From NCBI GenBank assembly GCA_002269645.1, contig NIVC01000981.1, forward strand, positions 124,001 through 188,000: 64,000 nucleotides of DNA, written 5' to 3'. Under the pieces are notes generated by a model, which worked only from the letters and a program-made list of their open reading frames with translations, was not told the DNA's origin and made no database searches. The stretch is from Macrostomum lignano (taxonomy: Eukaryota). Each line of letters opens with the position of its first letter. Position 1 is the first letter of the stretch. This document shows, in pieces, positions 11,189 through 24,144 of this stretch. The translations under genes were made by a program, and so were the position numbers.

Positions 11189-14100
11189 TCAAAGCGCCTG
11201 CAGTCGCTTCTTCAACTCGTCAAGAGACACGTTGGGGCTGTGCGGCAGCGGCAGGTCGGACACGTCGGGCAGCTGCAGGCTGTCAACGTCGAGTTCAGAA
11301 AATTTGGCATCCAATTCGGCGTCGGCCGCTGCCGGCTTCTTCCGCTTAGTAGAATTGCCGGCTGCAGAGTCTGGCTGTTCCGCTTCTTCTAAAAGCAGCT
11401 TGTCCAGCTCGGACTCCAGCTCGCTATCGTCCAGGCCTTCAGCGCCAGGCGAGTAGGCGAGGGCGTCGGCCAATTCGCGCTGCTCGTCGAGGACGTCGCG
11501 AATTTCGCCCAGAGCTTCGTGAGCGGCCTCGTGAGAGTCGGCCTCGGCTGCTTGCGAGGTTTTGAACCAGTCTCTGGTGACCTTGAATGCGTCCAGCACC
11601 TGCGGGCAGGGTAATTTTACATGGGGGTCAGAGGCGATTCTTTTATTGGGTCAGAGGCGATTCTTATTTTGAAGTCAGAGGCGATTCTTTTATTGGGTCA
11701 GAGGCGATTCTTTTATTGGGTCAGAGGCGATTCTTTTATTGGGTCAGAGGCGATTCTTTTATTGGGTCAGAAGCGATTCTTTTATTGGGTCAGAGGCGAT
11801 TCTTTTATTAGTGTCAGAGGCGATTCTTTTATGGGGTCAGAGGCGATTCTTTTATTGGGATCAGAGGCGATTCTTTTATTGGGATCAGAGGCGATTCTTT
11901 ATTGGGGTCAGAGGCGATTCTTTTATTGGGATCAGAGGCGATTCTTTATTGGGGTCAGAGGCGATTCTTTTATTGGGATCACAGGCGATTCTTTTATTGG
12001 GTCAGAAACGATTCTTTTATTGGGTTAGAGGCGATTCTTTTATTGGGTCAGAGGCGATTCTTGGTGGATCAAAGGTGATTATTGGGGATGAGGGTCAGAG
12101 GCGATTCTTGGTGGATCAAAGGTGATTATTGGGGATGGGGGTCAGAGGCGATTCTTGGAGGATCAAAGGTGATTATTGGGGATGAGGGTCAGAGGCGATT
12201 CTTGGAGGACCAAAGAGTATTATTGGGGATGGGGATCAGAGGCGATTCTTGGGGGTCAGAGGCAATTCTTGGGGGTCAGAGGTGATTCTTGGAGGATCAA
12301 AGGTGATTATTGGGGATGAGGGTCAGAGGCGATTCTTGGTGGATCAAAGGTGATTATTGGGGATGAGGGTCAGAGGCGATTCTTGGTGGATCAAAGGTGA
12401 TTATTGGGGATGAGGGTCAGAGGCGATTCTTGGTGGATCAAAGGTGATTATTGGGGATGAGGGTCAGAGGCGATTCTTGGTGGATCAAAGGTGATTATTG
12501 GGTATGAGGGTCAGAGGCGATTCTTGGTGGATCAAAGGTGATTATTGGGTATGAGGGTTAGAGGCGATTCTTGGTGGATCAAAGGTGATTATTGGGGATG
12601 AGGGTCAGAGGCGATTCTTGGAGGATCAAAGGTGATTATTGGGGATGGGGATCAGAGGCGATTCTTGGAGGACCAAAGAGTATTATTGGGGATGGGGATC
12701 AGAGGCAATTCTTGGGGGTCAGAGGTGATTCTTAGAGGATCAAAACTGATTTTGAGCCGTTAGGAAAATTTTGGCGTTTGAGGGCAAACTCAGGCCACCG
12801 CTACTCACCTGCTTATTACTGTTAGCCATCTGAACCTGTATGAGCATCCGGTCCAGATTCATCAGCTGCTGTTTCCGCTCGTCCAGCAGAGTCTCAGTCG
12901 CTTTGGTCCGTCGCATAACAACAAGAGCTTTGTCTTTGCGACCGTCTCTGAGCAGGCGTTTGCACTCGTCTCGGCCGGCCGATATTCGCAGTTTCAACTG
13001 TTGCTCCTCGGATTCGAGAGTCTTGATGGTGTGCACCAGGTGCAGAATGCTGTTGGCGGTGGCCACGTCCGCAGAGATGGCCGACTCGTCTGTAAGGGGG
13101 CAGTCAGCAGACCGAGCCCACACCAGCAGCTCCTCGGAGCCCGCGCGACCCACCTTCGGGTGTGGGTTCAGGGTTGGTTCAGGGCTGGTTCAGGGTTAGT
13201 TCAGGGTTGGTTCAGGGTTGGTTTAGGGTTGATTCAGAGTTGATTCAGGGTTGGTTCAGAGTTGGTTCAGGGTTGATTTAGGGTTGTCTCAGTGTTGGTT
13301 CACGGTTGATTCAGAGTTGATTCAGGGTTGATTCAGAGTTGATTCAGGGTTGGTTCAGGGTTAGTTCAGGGTTTGTTCAGGGTTGGTTTAGGGTTGGTTC
13401 ACGGTTGATTCAGAGTTGATTCAGAGTTGATTCAGGGTTGGTTCAGAGTTGGTTCAGGGTTGATTTAGGGTTGTCTCAGTGTTGGTTCACGGTTGATTCA
13501 GAGTTGATTCAGGGTTGATTCAGAGTTGATTCAGGGTTGGTTCAGGGTTAGTTCAGGGTTGGTTCAGGGTTGGTTTAGGGTTGGTTCACGGTTGATTCAG
13601 AGTTGGTTCATGGTTGGTTCACGGTTGATTCAGAGTTAATTCAGAGTTGGTTCAGAGTTGGTTCAGGGTTGGTTCAGGATTGGTTCAGGGTTGGTTCAGA
13701 GTTGGTTCAGAGTTGGTTCAGGGTTGGTTCAGGATTGGTTCAGGGTTGGTTCAGAGTTGGTTCAGGGTTGGTTCAGGGCTGGTTCAGAGTTGGTTCAGAG
13801 TTGGTTCAGGGTTGGTTCAGAGTTGGTTCAGGGTTTGTTCAGAGTTGGTTCAGGGTTGGTTCAAAGTTGGTTCAGAGTTGGTTCAGGGTTGGTTCAGGGC
13901 TGTTTCAGGGTTGGTTCAGGGTTGGTTAAGAGTTGGTTCAGGGTTGGTTCAGAGTTGATTAAGAGTTGGTTCAGGGTTGGTTCAGGATTGGTTCAGGGTT
14001 GGTTCAGAGTTGGTTCAGGGTTGGTTCAGGGCTGGTTCAGAGTTGGTTCAGAGTTGGTTCAGGGTTTGTTCAGAGTTGGTTCAGGGTTGGTTCAAAGTTG

Positions 14101-16646
14101 GTTCAGGGTTGGTTCAGAGTTGGTTCAGAGTTGGTTCAGGGTTGGTTCAGGGCTGTTTCAGGGTTGGTTCAGGGTTGGTTAAGAGTTGGTTCAGGGTTGG
14201 TTCAGAGTTGATTAAGAGTTGGTTCAGGGTTGGTTCAGGATTGGTTCAGGGTTGGTTCAGAGTTGGTTCAGGGTTGGTTCAGAGTTGGTTCAGAGTTGGT
14301 TCAGGGTTTGTTCAGAGTTGGTTCAGGGTTGGTTCAAAGTTGGTTCAGGGTTGGTTCAGGGCTGGTTCAGAGTTGGTTCAGAGTTGGTTCAGGGTTGGTT
14401 CAGGGTTTGTTCAGAGTTGGTTCAGGGTTTGTTCAGAGTTGGTTCAGGGTTGGTTCAAAGTTGGTTCAGAGTTGGTTCAGGGTTGGTTCGGGTTTTTTAG
14501 GGCAGTTTATTTCAATTCTTCAGGGTATTTAATAAAACCCATAGTTAAAAAGTTGAGAGGCCCAAGGTTTATAGCAGGATTGCTTATTTATTGTATTAGT
14601 CATGTCTATTACAAAAGTTAAGAAACAAGAATATCACTTGAAGAAGAAATGCACAGCCGCACCTGCACAGTTCTGGAGTGCAGCAGCCTGTCAGACATCA
14701 ACCGCTGCACCAGAAGCCGCCTCGTAGGCTGATGAGGGCACAGGGACTCCAGATAGCGGTCGAAATCCCGCTTCCTGCACACGTTCAAACTCGGAGCGAA
14801 ACGATGAGGCGGAGATGCTGGGTCCTGGAATGAATTGTTTGGATTTAAGAAATTAACAAAATAATTTTTATAATACGCTCGTACATATAATATTAGGATG
14901 TCAGTAACGCGTCAATTCTGTCAGTTGGATGTCAGTAGAATGTGACTAATGTCATTAGGATGTGAGTAGAACGTCATTAGAATGTCATTATTATGTCAAT
15001 AGAATGTCAGAAGAATGTTGCTAGTATGTCAGTAGGATGTCAGTAGAATGTAATTAGAATGTCAGTAGGATGTCAGTAGAATGTAATTAGAATGTCACTA
15101 ATATGTCAGTGGAATGTGACTAATATGTCAGTAGAATGTCACTAATATGTCAGTAGAATGTCACTAATATGTCAATAGAATGTCACTAATATGTCAGTAG
15201 GATGTCAGTAGAATGTCATAATACGTCAGTAATAACGTGTCTAAAATCATTAGGATGCTGGCATGTGAGCAAACACATACGACAGGTCACTCACAGTCTC
15301 GTGGCCGGCAGAGTCGTGATCCGCAGCCTGCGCCTGTTGCAACCCGCTCAACACCTCCCCGATGAGGCTACGCAACACTCCGGCGTGAACCAGCTCGTGA
15401 CGGTCGGGCAGGCTGGCTGGCATTTCGGCAGCAGTCGAGCCAGAGACGAAGGTGCCCCAGGCGTACGCGATTGGTCGACGGAGCAGCCAATCATAGGCGG
15501 CGCCGGTCACCCTGCGATTGTTTGTTGGGCGATTCAGGTGAGTCAGTAGATGAGTAAGGCGTCATGGGCTGGTGAGTCAGTCATCTGAGTGTCAGGTGAG
15601 TCAGTCACTCAGGTGTCAGGTGAGTCAGCCATCCGGGTGTCAGGTGAGTCAGTCATCTGAGTGTCAGGTGAGTCAGCCATCCTAGTGTCAGGTGAGTCAG
15701 TCACTCAGGTGTCAGGTGAGTCAGCCATCCGGGTGTCAGGTGAGTCAGTCATCTGAGTGTCAGGTGAGTCAGTCATCTGAGTGTCAGGTGAGTCAGTCAT
15801 CCGGGTGTCAGGTGAGTCAGTCACTCAGGTGTCAGGTGAGTCAGTAATCTGAGTGTCAGGTGAGTCAGTCATCTGAGTGTCAGGTGAGTCAGTCATCTGA
15901 GTGTCAGGTGAGTCAGTCATCCGGGTGTCAGGTGAGTCAGTCACTCAGGTGTCAGGTGAGTCAGTAATCTGAGTGTCAGGTGAGTCAGTCATCCAGGTGT
16001 CAGGTGAGTCAGCCATCCAGGTGTCAGGTGAGTCAGTCATCCGGGTGTCAGGTGAGTCAGTCATCCGGGTGTCAGGTGAGTCAGTCATCCGGGCGTCAGG
16101 TGAGTCAGTCATCCGGGTGTCAGGAGAGTCAGTCACTCAGGTGTCAGGTGAGTCAATCATCCGGGTGTCAGGAGAGTCATCAGTATATCTTATCAGGAAT
16201 CAGGAATCAAGTACGCACTTCCCAGCCAGTCCCTGCTGCTTCTGCGTCTCATCAGCCGGGTCCAGCAGCCAGTCATTTTCGTCAGTGGATTTGAAATGCC
16301 GACCACGCTGATCCAGCAGCATCTGATACAGCACGGCGCCCAAGCACTCGGGCTCGTAGTCTCTACCGACGCTTGGAAACTTTCTACGAAACAATCGTCT
16401 CAGATCGTCTGCGGACAAAGCGGCAATGCGGTTCCGCCTGCAGAAGGCCAGCAATAGGCGAGACCAGAATTTCATTTTGCGATCGAAACTATCCGGATCC
16501 ACTGCTCGGGGCCGCTTGAAGGCATGGAACAGCGGGTAGACTGCCTCGTCGTCCGACCATTCCGGGGGAAGGCAGTCGTAGTTTAGCTCAGCAGCTGGTG
16601 GCTTCGGCGGCATGCTGTTGTATGCGCTTGGATTGATTAGTGGCAT
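11189..16646 (-). CDS. CHMP7: Charged multivesicular body protein 7 (ESCRT-III, winged-helix + Snf7 domain), ~520 aa, 5 exons
   Basis: Exons 16219-16646, 15295-15511, 14663-14824, 12809-13153 (acceptor less certain), 11189-11599. LFHAFKRPRAVDPDSFDRKMKFWSRLL matches the CHMP7 N-terminus. The Snf7-like C-terminal half contains GRKDKALVVMRR and DDSELESELDKLL. Confidence 0.9.
11620..12740. repeat. Intronic minisatellite, 23-24-bp unit grading into a 47-bp dimeric unit
   Basis: GGGTCAGAGGCGATTCTTTTATT up to ~12060, then a 47-bp period (e.g. 12301 to 12348). Confidence 0.9.
13165..14490. repeat. 11-bp minisatellite (TCAGGGTTGGT/TCAGAGTTGGT)
   Basis: Fills CHMP7 intron 3. Confidence 0.95.
14895..15225. 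repeat. Degenerate ~11/22-bp repeat (ATGTCAGTAGA/ATGTCACTAAT)
   Basis: CHMP7 intron 2. Confidence 0.85.
15535..16180. repeat. 24-bp minisatellite (GTGTCAGGTGAGTCAGTCATCTGA)
   Basis: CHMP7 intron 1. Confidence 0.95.
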
Positions 16647-19600
16647 GAAGTTTGGAGAACACACCGGAGATGAGTGTTGATGAGTTATGAGTGCATATGA
16701 TGAGAAATGAGTGTCTATGCTGAGTCTATGATGAGAAATGAGTGTCTATGCTGAGTCTATGATGAGAAATGAGTGTCTATGCTGAGTCTATGATGAGAGA
16801 TGAGTGTCTATGCTGAGTCTATGATGAGAAATGAGTGTCTATGCTGAGTCTATGATGAGAGATGAGTGTCTATGCTGAGTCTATGATGAGAAATGAGTGT
16901 CTATGCTGAGTCTATGATGAGAAATGAGTTTCTATGCTGAGTCTATGATGAGAGATGAGTTTCTATGCTGAGTTTATCCTGAGAGATGAGTTTCTATGCT
17001 GAGTCTATGATGAGAAATCAGTGTCTATGCTGAGTCTATGATGAGAAATGAGTGTCTATGCTGAGTCTATGATGAGAAATGAGTGTCTATGCTGAGTCTA
17101 TGATGAGAGATGAGTTTCTATGATGAGTCTATGATGAGAAATGAGTGTCTATGCTGAGTCTATGATGAGAGATGAGTGTCTATGCTGAGTCTATGATGAG
17201 AAATCAGTTTCTATGCTGAGTCTATGATGAGAGATGAGTTTCTATGATGAGTCTATGATGAGAAATGAGTGTCTATGCTGAGTCTATGATGAGAGATGAG
17301 TGTCTATGCTGAGTCTATGATGAGAGATGAGTTTCTATGATGAGTCTATGATGAGAAATGAGTGTCTATGCTGAGTCTATGATGAGAGATGAGTGTCTAT
17401 GCTGAGTCTATGATGAGAGATGAGTGTATATGCTGAGTCTATGACGAGAGATGAGTTTCTATGCTGAGTCTATGATGAGAGATGAGTGTCTATGATGAGT
17501 CTATGATGAGAGATGAGTTTCTATGATGAGTCTATGATGAGAAATGAGTGTCTATGATGAGTATATCCTGAGAGATGAGTGTCTATGCTGAGTCTATGAT
17601 GAGAGATGAGTGTCTATGCTGAGTCTATGATGAGAAATCAGTGTCTATGCTGAGTCTATGATGATCTATGACGAGGAGATGAGTGTCTATGCTGAGTCTA
17701 TGATGAGTCTATGATGAGGAGATGAGTGTCTATGCTGAGTCTATGATGAGTCTATGATGAGGAGATGAGTGTCTATGCTGAGTCTATGATGAGTCTATGA
17801 TGAGGAGATGAGTGTCTATGCTGAGTCTATGATGAGAAATGAGTGTCTATGATGAGTCTATGATGAGAGATGAGTTTCTATGATGAGTATATCCTGAGAG
17901 ATGAGTTTCTATGCTGAGTCTATGATGAGAGATGAGTTTCTATGATGAGTATATCCTGAGATGAGTTTCTATGCTGAGTCTATGATGAGAGATGAGTGTC
18001 TATGCTGAGTCTATGATGAGAGATGAGTGTCTATGCTGAGTCTATGATGAGAGATGAGTGTATATGCTGAGTCTATGACGAGAGATGAGTTTCTATGCTG
18101 AGTCTATGATGAGAAATGAGTGTCTATGATGAGTCTATGATGAGAGATGAGTTTCTATGATGAGTCTATGATGAGAAATGAGTGTCTATGATGAGTATAT
18201 CCTGAGAGATGAGTGTCTATGCTGAGTCTATGATGAGAAATCAGTGTCTATGCTGAGTCTATGATGATCTATGACGAGGAGATGAGTGTCTATGCTGAGT
18301 CTATGATGAGTCTATGATGAGAAATCAGTGTCTATGCTAAGTCTATGATGAGTCTATGATGAGGAGATGAGTGTCTATGCTGAGTCTATGATGAGTCTAT
18401 GATGAGGAGATGAGTGTCTATGCTGAGTCTATGATGAGAAATGAGTGTCTATGATGAGTCTATGATGAGGAGATGAGTGTCTATGCTGAGTCTATGATGA
18501 GGAGATGAGTATCTATGCTGAGTCTATGATGAGAAATGAGTGTCTATGATGAGTCTATGATGAGGAGATGAGTGTCTATGCTGAGTCTATGATGAGGAGA
18601 TGAGTATCTATGCTGAGTCTATGATGAGAGATGAGTTTCTATGATGAGTATATCCTGAGATGAGTTTCTATGCTGAGTCTATGATGAGAGATGAGTGTCT
18701 ATGCTGAGTCTATGATGAGAGATGAGTTTCTATGATGAGTATATCCTGAGAGATGAGTTTCTATGCTGAGTCTATGATGAGAGATGAGTTTCTATGATGA
18801 GTATATCCTGAGATGAGTTTCTATGCTGAGTCTATGATGAGAGATGAGTGTCTATGCTGAGTCTATGATGAGAGATGAGTTTCTATGATGAGTCTATGAT
18901 GAGAAATGAGTGTCTATGCTGAGTCTATGATGAGAGATGAGTGTCTATGCTGAGTCTATGATGAGTCTATGATGAGGAGATGAGTGTCTATGCTGAGTCT
19001 ATGATGAGAAATGAGTGTCTATGATGAGTCTATGATGAGGAGATGAGTGTCTATGCTGAGTCTATGATGAGGAGATGAGTATCTATGCTGAGTCTATGAT
19101 GAGAAATGAGTGTCTATGATGAGTCTATGATGAGGAGATGAGTGTCTATGCTGAGTCTATGATGAGGAGATGAGTATCTATGCTGAGTCTATGATGAGAG
19201 ATGAGTGTCTATGCTGAGTCTATGATGAGAGATGAGTTTCTATGATGAGTATATCCTGAGAGATGAGTTTCTATGCTGAGTCTATGATGAGAGATGAGTT
19301 TCTATGATGAGTATATCCTGAGATGAGTTTCTATGCTGAGTCTATGATGAGAGATGAGTGTCTATGCTGAGTCTATGATGAGAGATGAGTGTCTATGCTG
19401 AGTCTATGATGAGAGATGAGTGTATATGCTGAGTCTATGACGAGAGATGAGTTTCTATGCTGAGTCTATGATGAGAAATGAGTGTCTATGATGAGTCTAT
19501 GATGAGAGATGAGTTTCTATGATGAGTCTATGATGAGAAATGAGTGTCTATGATGAGTATATCCTGAGAGATGAGTGTCTATGCTGAGTCTATGATGAGA

Positions 19601-21977
19601 AATCAGTGTCTATGCTGAGTCTATGATGATCTATGACGAGGAGATGAGTGTCTATGCTGAGTCTATGATGAGTCTATGATGAGAAATCAGTGTCTATGCT
19701 GAGTCTATGATGAGTCTATGATGAGGAGATGAGTGTCTATGCTGAGTCTATGATGAGTCTATGATGAGAGATGAGTTTCTATGATGAGTATATCCTGAGA
19801 TGAGTTTCTATGCTGAGTCTATGATGAGAGATGAGTGTCTATGCTGAGTCTATGATGAGAGATGAGTGTCTATGCTGAGTCTATGATGAGAGATGAGTGT
19901 ATATGCTGAGTCTATGACGAGAGATGAGTTTCTATGCTGAGTCTATGATGAGAAATGAGTGTCTATGATGAGTCTATGATGAGAGATGAGTTTCTATGAT
20001 GAGTCTATGATGAGAAATGAGTGTCTATGATGAGTATATCCTGAGAGATGAGTGTCTATGCTGAGTCTATGATGAGAAATCAGTGTCTATGCTGAGTCTA
20101 TGATGATCTATGACGAGGAGATGAGTGTCTATGCTGAGTCTATGATGAGTCTATGATGAGAAATCAGTGTCTATGCTAAGTCTATGATGAGTCTATGATG
20201 AGGAGATGAGTGTCTATGCTGAGTCTATGATGAGTCTATGATGAGGAGATGAGTGTCTATGCTGAGTCTATGATGAGAAATGAGTGTCTATGATGAGTCT
20301 ATGATGAGGAGATGAGTGTCTATGCTGAGTCTATGATGAGGAGATGAGTATCTATGCTGAGTCTATGATGAGAAATGAGTGTCTATGATGAGTCTATGAT
20401 GAGGAGATGAGTGTCTATGCTGAGTCTATGATGAGGAGATGAGTATCTATGCTGAGTCTATGATGAGAGATGAGTTTCTATGATGAGTATATCCTGAGAT
20501 GAGTTTCTATGCTGAGTCTATGATGAGAGATGAGTGTCTATGCTGAGTCTATGATGAGAGATGAGTTTCTATGATGAGTATATCCTGAGAGATGAGTTTC
20601 TATGCTGAGTCTATGATGAGAGATGAGTTTCTATGATGAGTATATCCTGAGATGAGTTTCTATGCTGAGTCTATGATGAGAGATGAGTGTCTATGCTGAG
20701 TCTATGATGAGAGATGAGTTTCTATGATGAGTCTATGATGAGAAATGAGTGTCTATGCTGAGTCTATGATGAGAGATGAGTGTCTATGCTGAGTCTATGA
20801 TGAGTCTATGATGAGGAGATGAGTGTCTATGCTGAGTCTATGATGAGAAATGAGTGTCTATGATGAGTCTATGATGAGGAGATGAGTGTCTATGCTGAGT
20901 CTATGATGAGGAGATGAGTATCTATGCTGAGTCTATGATGAGAAATGAGTGTCTATGATGAGTCTATGATGAGGAGATGAGTGTCTATGCTGAGTCTATG
21001 ATGAGGAGATGAGTATCTATGCTGAGTCTATGATGAGAGATGAGTGTCTATGCTGAGTCTATGATGAGAGATGAGTTTCTATGATGAGTATATCCTGAGA
21101 GATGAGTTTCTATGCTGAGTCTATGATGAGAGATGAGTTTCTATGATGAGTATATCCTGAGATGAGTTTCTATGCTGAGTCTATGATGAGAGATGAGTGT
21201 CTATGCTGAGTCTATGATGAGAGATGAGTGTCTATGCTGAGTCTATGACGAGAGATGAGTTTCTATGCTGAGTCTATGATGAGAAATGAGTGTCTATGAT
21301 GAGTCTATGATGAGAGATGAGTTTCTATGATGAGTCTATGATGAGAAATGAGTGTCTATGATGAGTATATCCTGAGAGATGAGTGTCTATGCTGAGTCTA
21401 TGATGAGAAATCAGTGTCTATGCTGAGTCTATGATGATCTATGACGAGGAGATGAGTGTCTATGCTGAGTCTATGATGAGTCTATGATGAGAAATCAGTG
21501 TCTATGCTGAGTCTATGATGAGTCTATGATGAGGAGATGAGTGTCTATGCTGAGTCTATGATGAGTCTATGATGAGGAGATGAGTGTCTATGCTGAGTCT
21601 ATGATGAGAAATGAGTGTCTATGATGAGTCTATGATGAGGAGATGAGTGTCTATGCTGAGTCTATGATGAGGAGATGAGTATCTATGCTGAGTCTATGAT
21701 GAGAAATGAGTGTCTATGATGAGTCTATGATGAGGAGATGAGTGTCTATGCTGAGTCTATGATGAGGAGATGAGTATCTATGCTGAGTCTATGATGAGAG
21801 ATGAGTTTCTATGATGAGTATATCCTGAGATGAGTTTCTATGCTGAGTCTATGATGAGAGATGAGTGTCTATGCTGAGTCTATGATGAGAGATGAGTTTC
21901 TATGATGAGTATATCCTGAGAGATGAGTTTCTATGCTGAGTCTATGATGAGAGATGAGTTTCTATGATGAGTATATC

Positions 21978-22570
21978 CCCTATAGGAAAAAGTTGTAAAA
22001 CCGCGGACGGTGTCCGGCGCACTTTTGAAATTTTTCTAAAGCGCAGCGCGCGCACAGGCGCATCGCCTGCGCGCGCGCTGCCCTTTCTTACTGGCTGCTG
22101 CTCTAGCAAATACATATACATGGAAATGGGTATAATACCCCTGTTGAAGGGGCTTATACACTCGTAATTTATTAAGCTTTGAGATGTTCCGAGAATTCAA
22201 TTTCAATTTTCCAAAATTTGAAATTTTTTAGAGCGAATTTCAATTTAGAAAAAAATTTAGAAGTGAAAATTTTGGTAGTGTCTAAAGAGTCGCTAAAAAT
22301 AAACTACTTTCTACTACATATACATGTATTACTTTTTGCTTAAGCAGTAAATTAAAAGTAAAAAAGTGAGTGTTGATCGAACTAAACTTTGTTTTTCTGA
22401 ATTATGATTTCGGAAAATTTCAATTTTGATTTTGGAAAGTTAGCAAATTTTGATTTCGACGAAACTGCAGATCTTTCGGAACATCTCTAATAATCCTAAA
22501 GCGCGGTAAAATAGTTTGACTCTTTTCTAAAGCGCGCGTCCGCGGGTTTTTAACATTTATTCCAATAGGG
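21978..22570. mobile_element. 593-bp non-autonomous DNA transposon (MITE) with 8-bp TSD
   Basis: AGTATATC at 21970-21977 and 22571-22578. Imperfect TIRs CCCTATAGGAAAAAGTTGTAAAACCGCGGACG versus reverse complement CCCTATTGGAATAAATGTTAAAAACCCGCGGACG. Confidence 0.85.
22179..22489. mobile_element. Possible nested hAT-like MITE
   Basis: 14-bp inverted termini T(T/A)GAGATGTTCCGA (13/14 match). Flanks ATTAAGCT/ATAATCCT match 5/8. Confidence 0.5.
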
Positions 22571-24144
22571 AGTATATCCTGAGATGAGTTTCTATGCTGA
22601 GTCTATGATGAGAGATGAGTGTCTATGCTGAGTCTATGATGAGAGATGAGTTTCTATGATGAGTCTATGATGAGAAATGAGTGTCTATGCTGAGTCTATG
22701 ATGAGAGATGAGTGTCTATGCTGAGTCTATGATGAGAGATGAGTGTCTATGATGAGTCTATGATGAGAGATGAGTTTCTATGATGAGTCTATGATGAGAA
22801 ATGAGTGTCTATGATGAGTATATCCTGAGAGATGAGTGTCTATTCTGAGTCTATGATGAGAGATCAGTGTCTATGCTGAGTCTATGATGATCTATGACGA
22901 GGAGATGAGTGTCTATGCTGAGTCTATGATGAGTCTATGATGAGGAGATGAGTGTCTATGCTGAGTCTATGATGAGTCTATGATGAGGAGATGAGTGTCT
23001 ATGCTGAGTCTATGATGAGAAATGAGTGTCTATGCTGAGTCTATGATGAGGAGATGAGTGTCTATGATGAGTCTATGATGAGGAGATGAGTGTCTATGCT
23101 GAGTCTATGATGAGAAATGAGTGTCTATGATGAGTATATGATGAGAGATGAGTTTCTATGATGAGTATATCCTGAGAGATGAGTTTCTATGATGAGTATA
23201 TCCTGAGAGATGAGTTTCTATGATGAGTATATCCTGAGAGATGAGTTTCTATGCTGAGTCTATGATGAGAGATGAGTGTCTATGCTGAGTCTATGATGAG
23301 AGATGAGTTTCTATGCTGAGTCTATGATGAGAAATGAGTGTCTATGATGAGTATATCCTGAGAGATGAGTGTCTATGCTGAGTCTATGATGAGAGATGAG
23401 TGTCTATGCTGAGTATATCCTGAGAAATGAGTGTCTATGCTGAGTCTATGATGAGTCTATGATGAGGAGATGAGTGTCTATGCTGAGTCTATGATGAGTC
23501 TATGATGAGGAGATGAGTGTCTATGCTGAGTCTATGGTGAGAGATGAGTGTCTATGCTGAGTCTATGATGAGGAGATGAGTATCTATGCTGAGTCTATGA
23601 TGAGAAATAAGTGTCTAGGATGGGAAATGTGTCTTAGGAGACAAAGTGGGGATTTGCAACCTACATCTGTAAATCACAATAATAAGCCGCAACGACAGCT
23701 GAAAGATGCATGTACATGAGTTTACACAGCTGACGGGACAAAACAAAAATCTTCTAATTTATGAGTATATTAATATTATTATATTATCGAAAAACATCCT
23801 TACAAAAAGAGACCCTATAAAAATTGCAAGAACGTTCTGACAATGCAATGGAATTACACAATAATAGGCGTTGCAGTTGAAGAAGTGCAAAAATTGTAGC
23901 GAGTGACCCAAAGAAATTTGAATGAGCTATTGCGAATAAATATAGGTGGATTTGAGATCAAAAGCCGGTGACTTATTATTTACATCAATATGCATTTCTT
24001 ATATGCATTATTAGGCTAAAAAATTCAAAATCATTGTTCTCGTTGAAAATTTGATATTGCACACAAAACAGTGAAGCCACGGGGTATCGAAAGCTTATAA
24101 AAAATTTACGCTCGTAACTACAATTTAATATATTTTAGTACTTA

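Larger units (their letters stand above)
16680..23610. repeat. ~31-bp satellite built from 10-11-bp subunits (CTATGCTGAGT/CTATGATGAG/AAATGAGTGT), ~7 kb
   Basis: Long tandem array with recurrent variant blocks, interrupted at 21978-22570. Confidence 0.95.
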
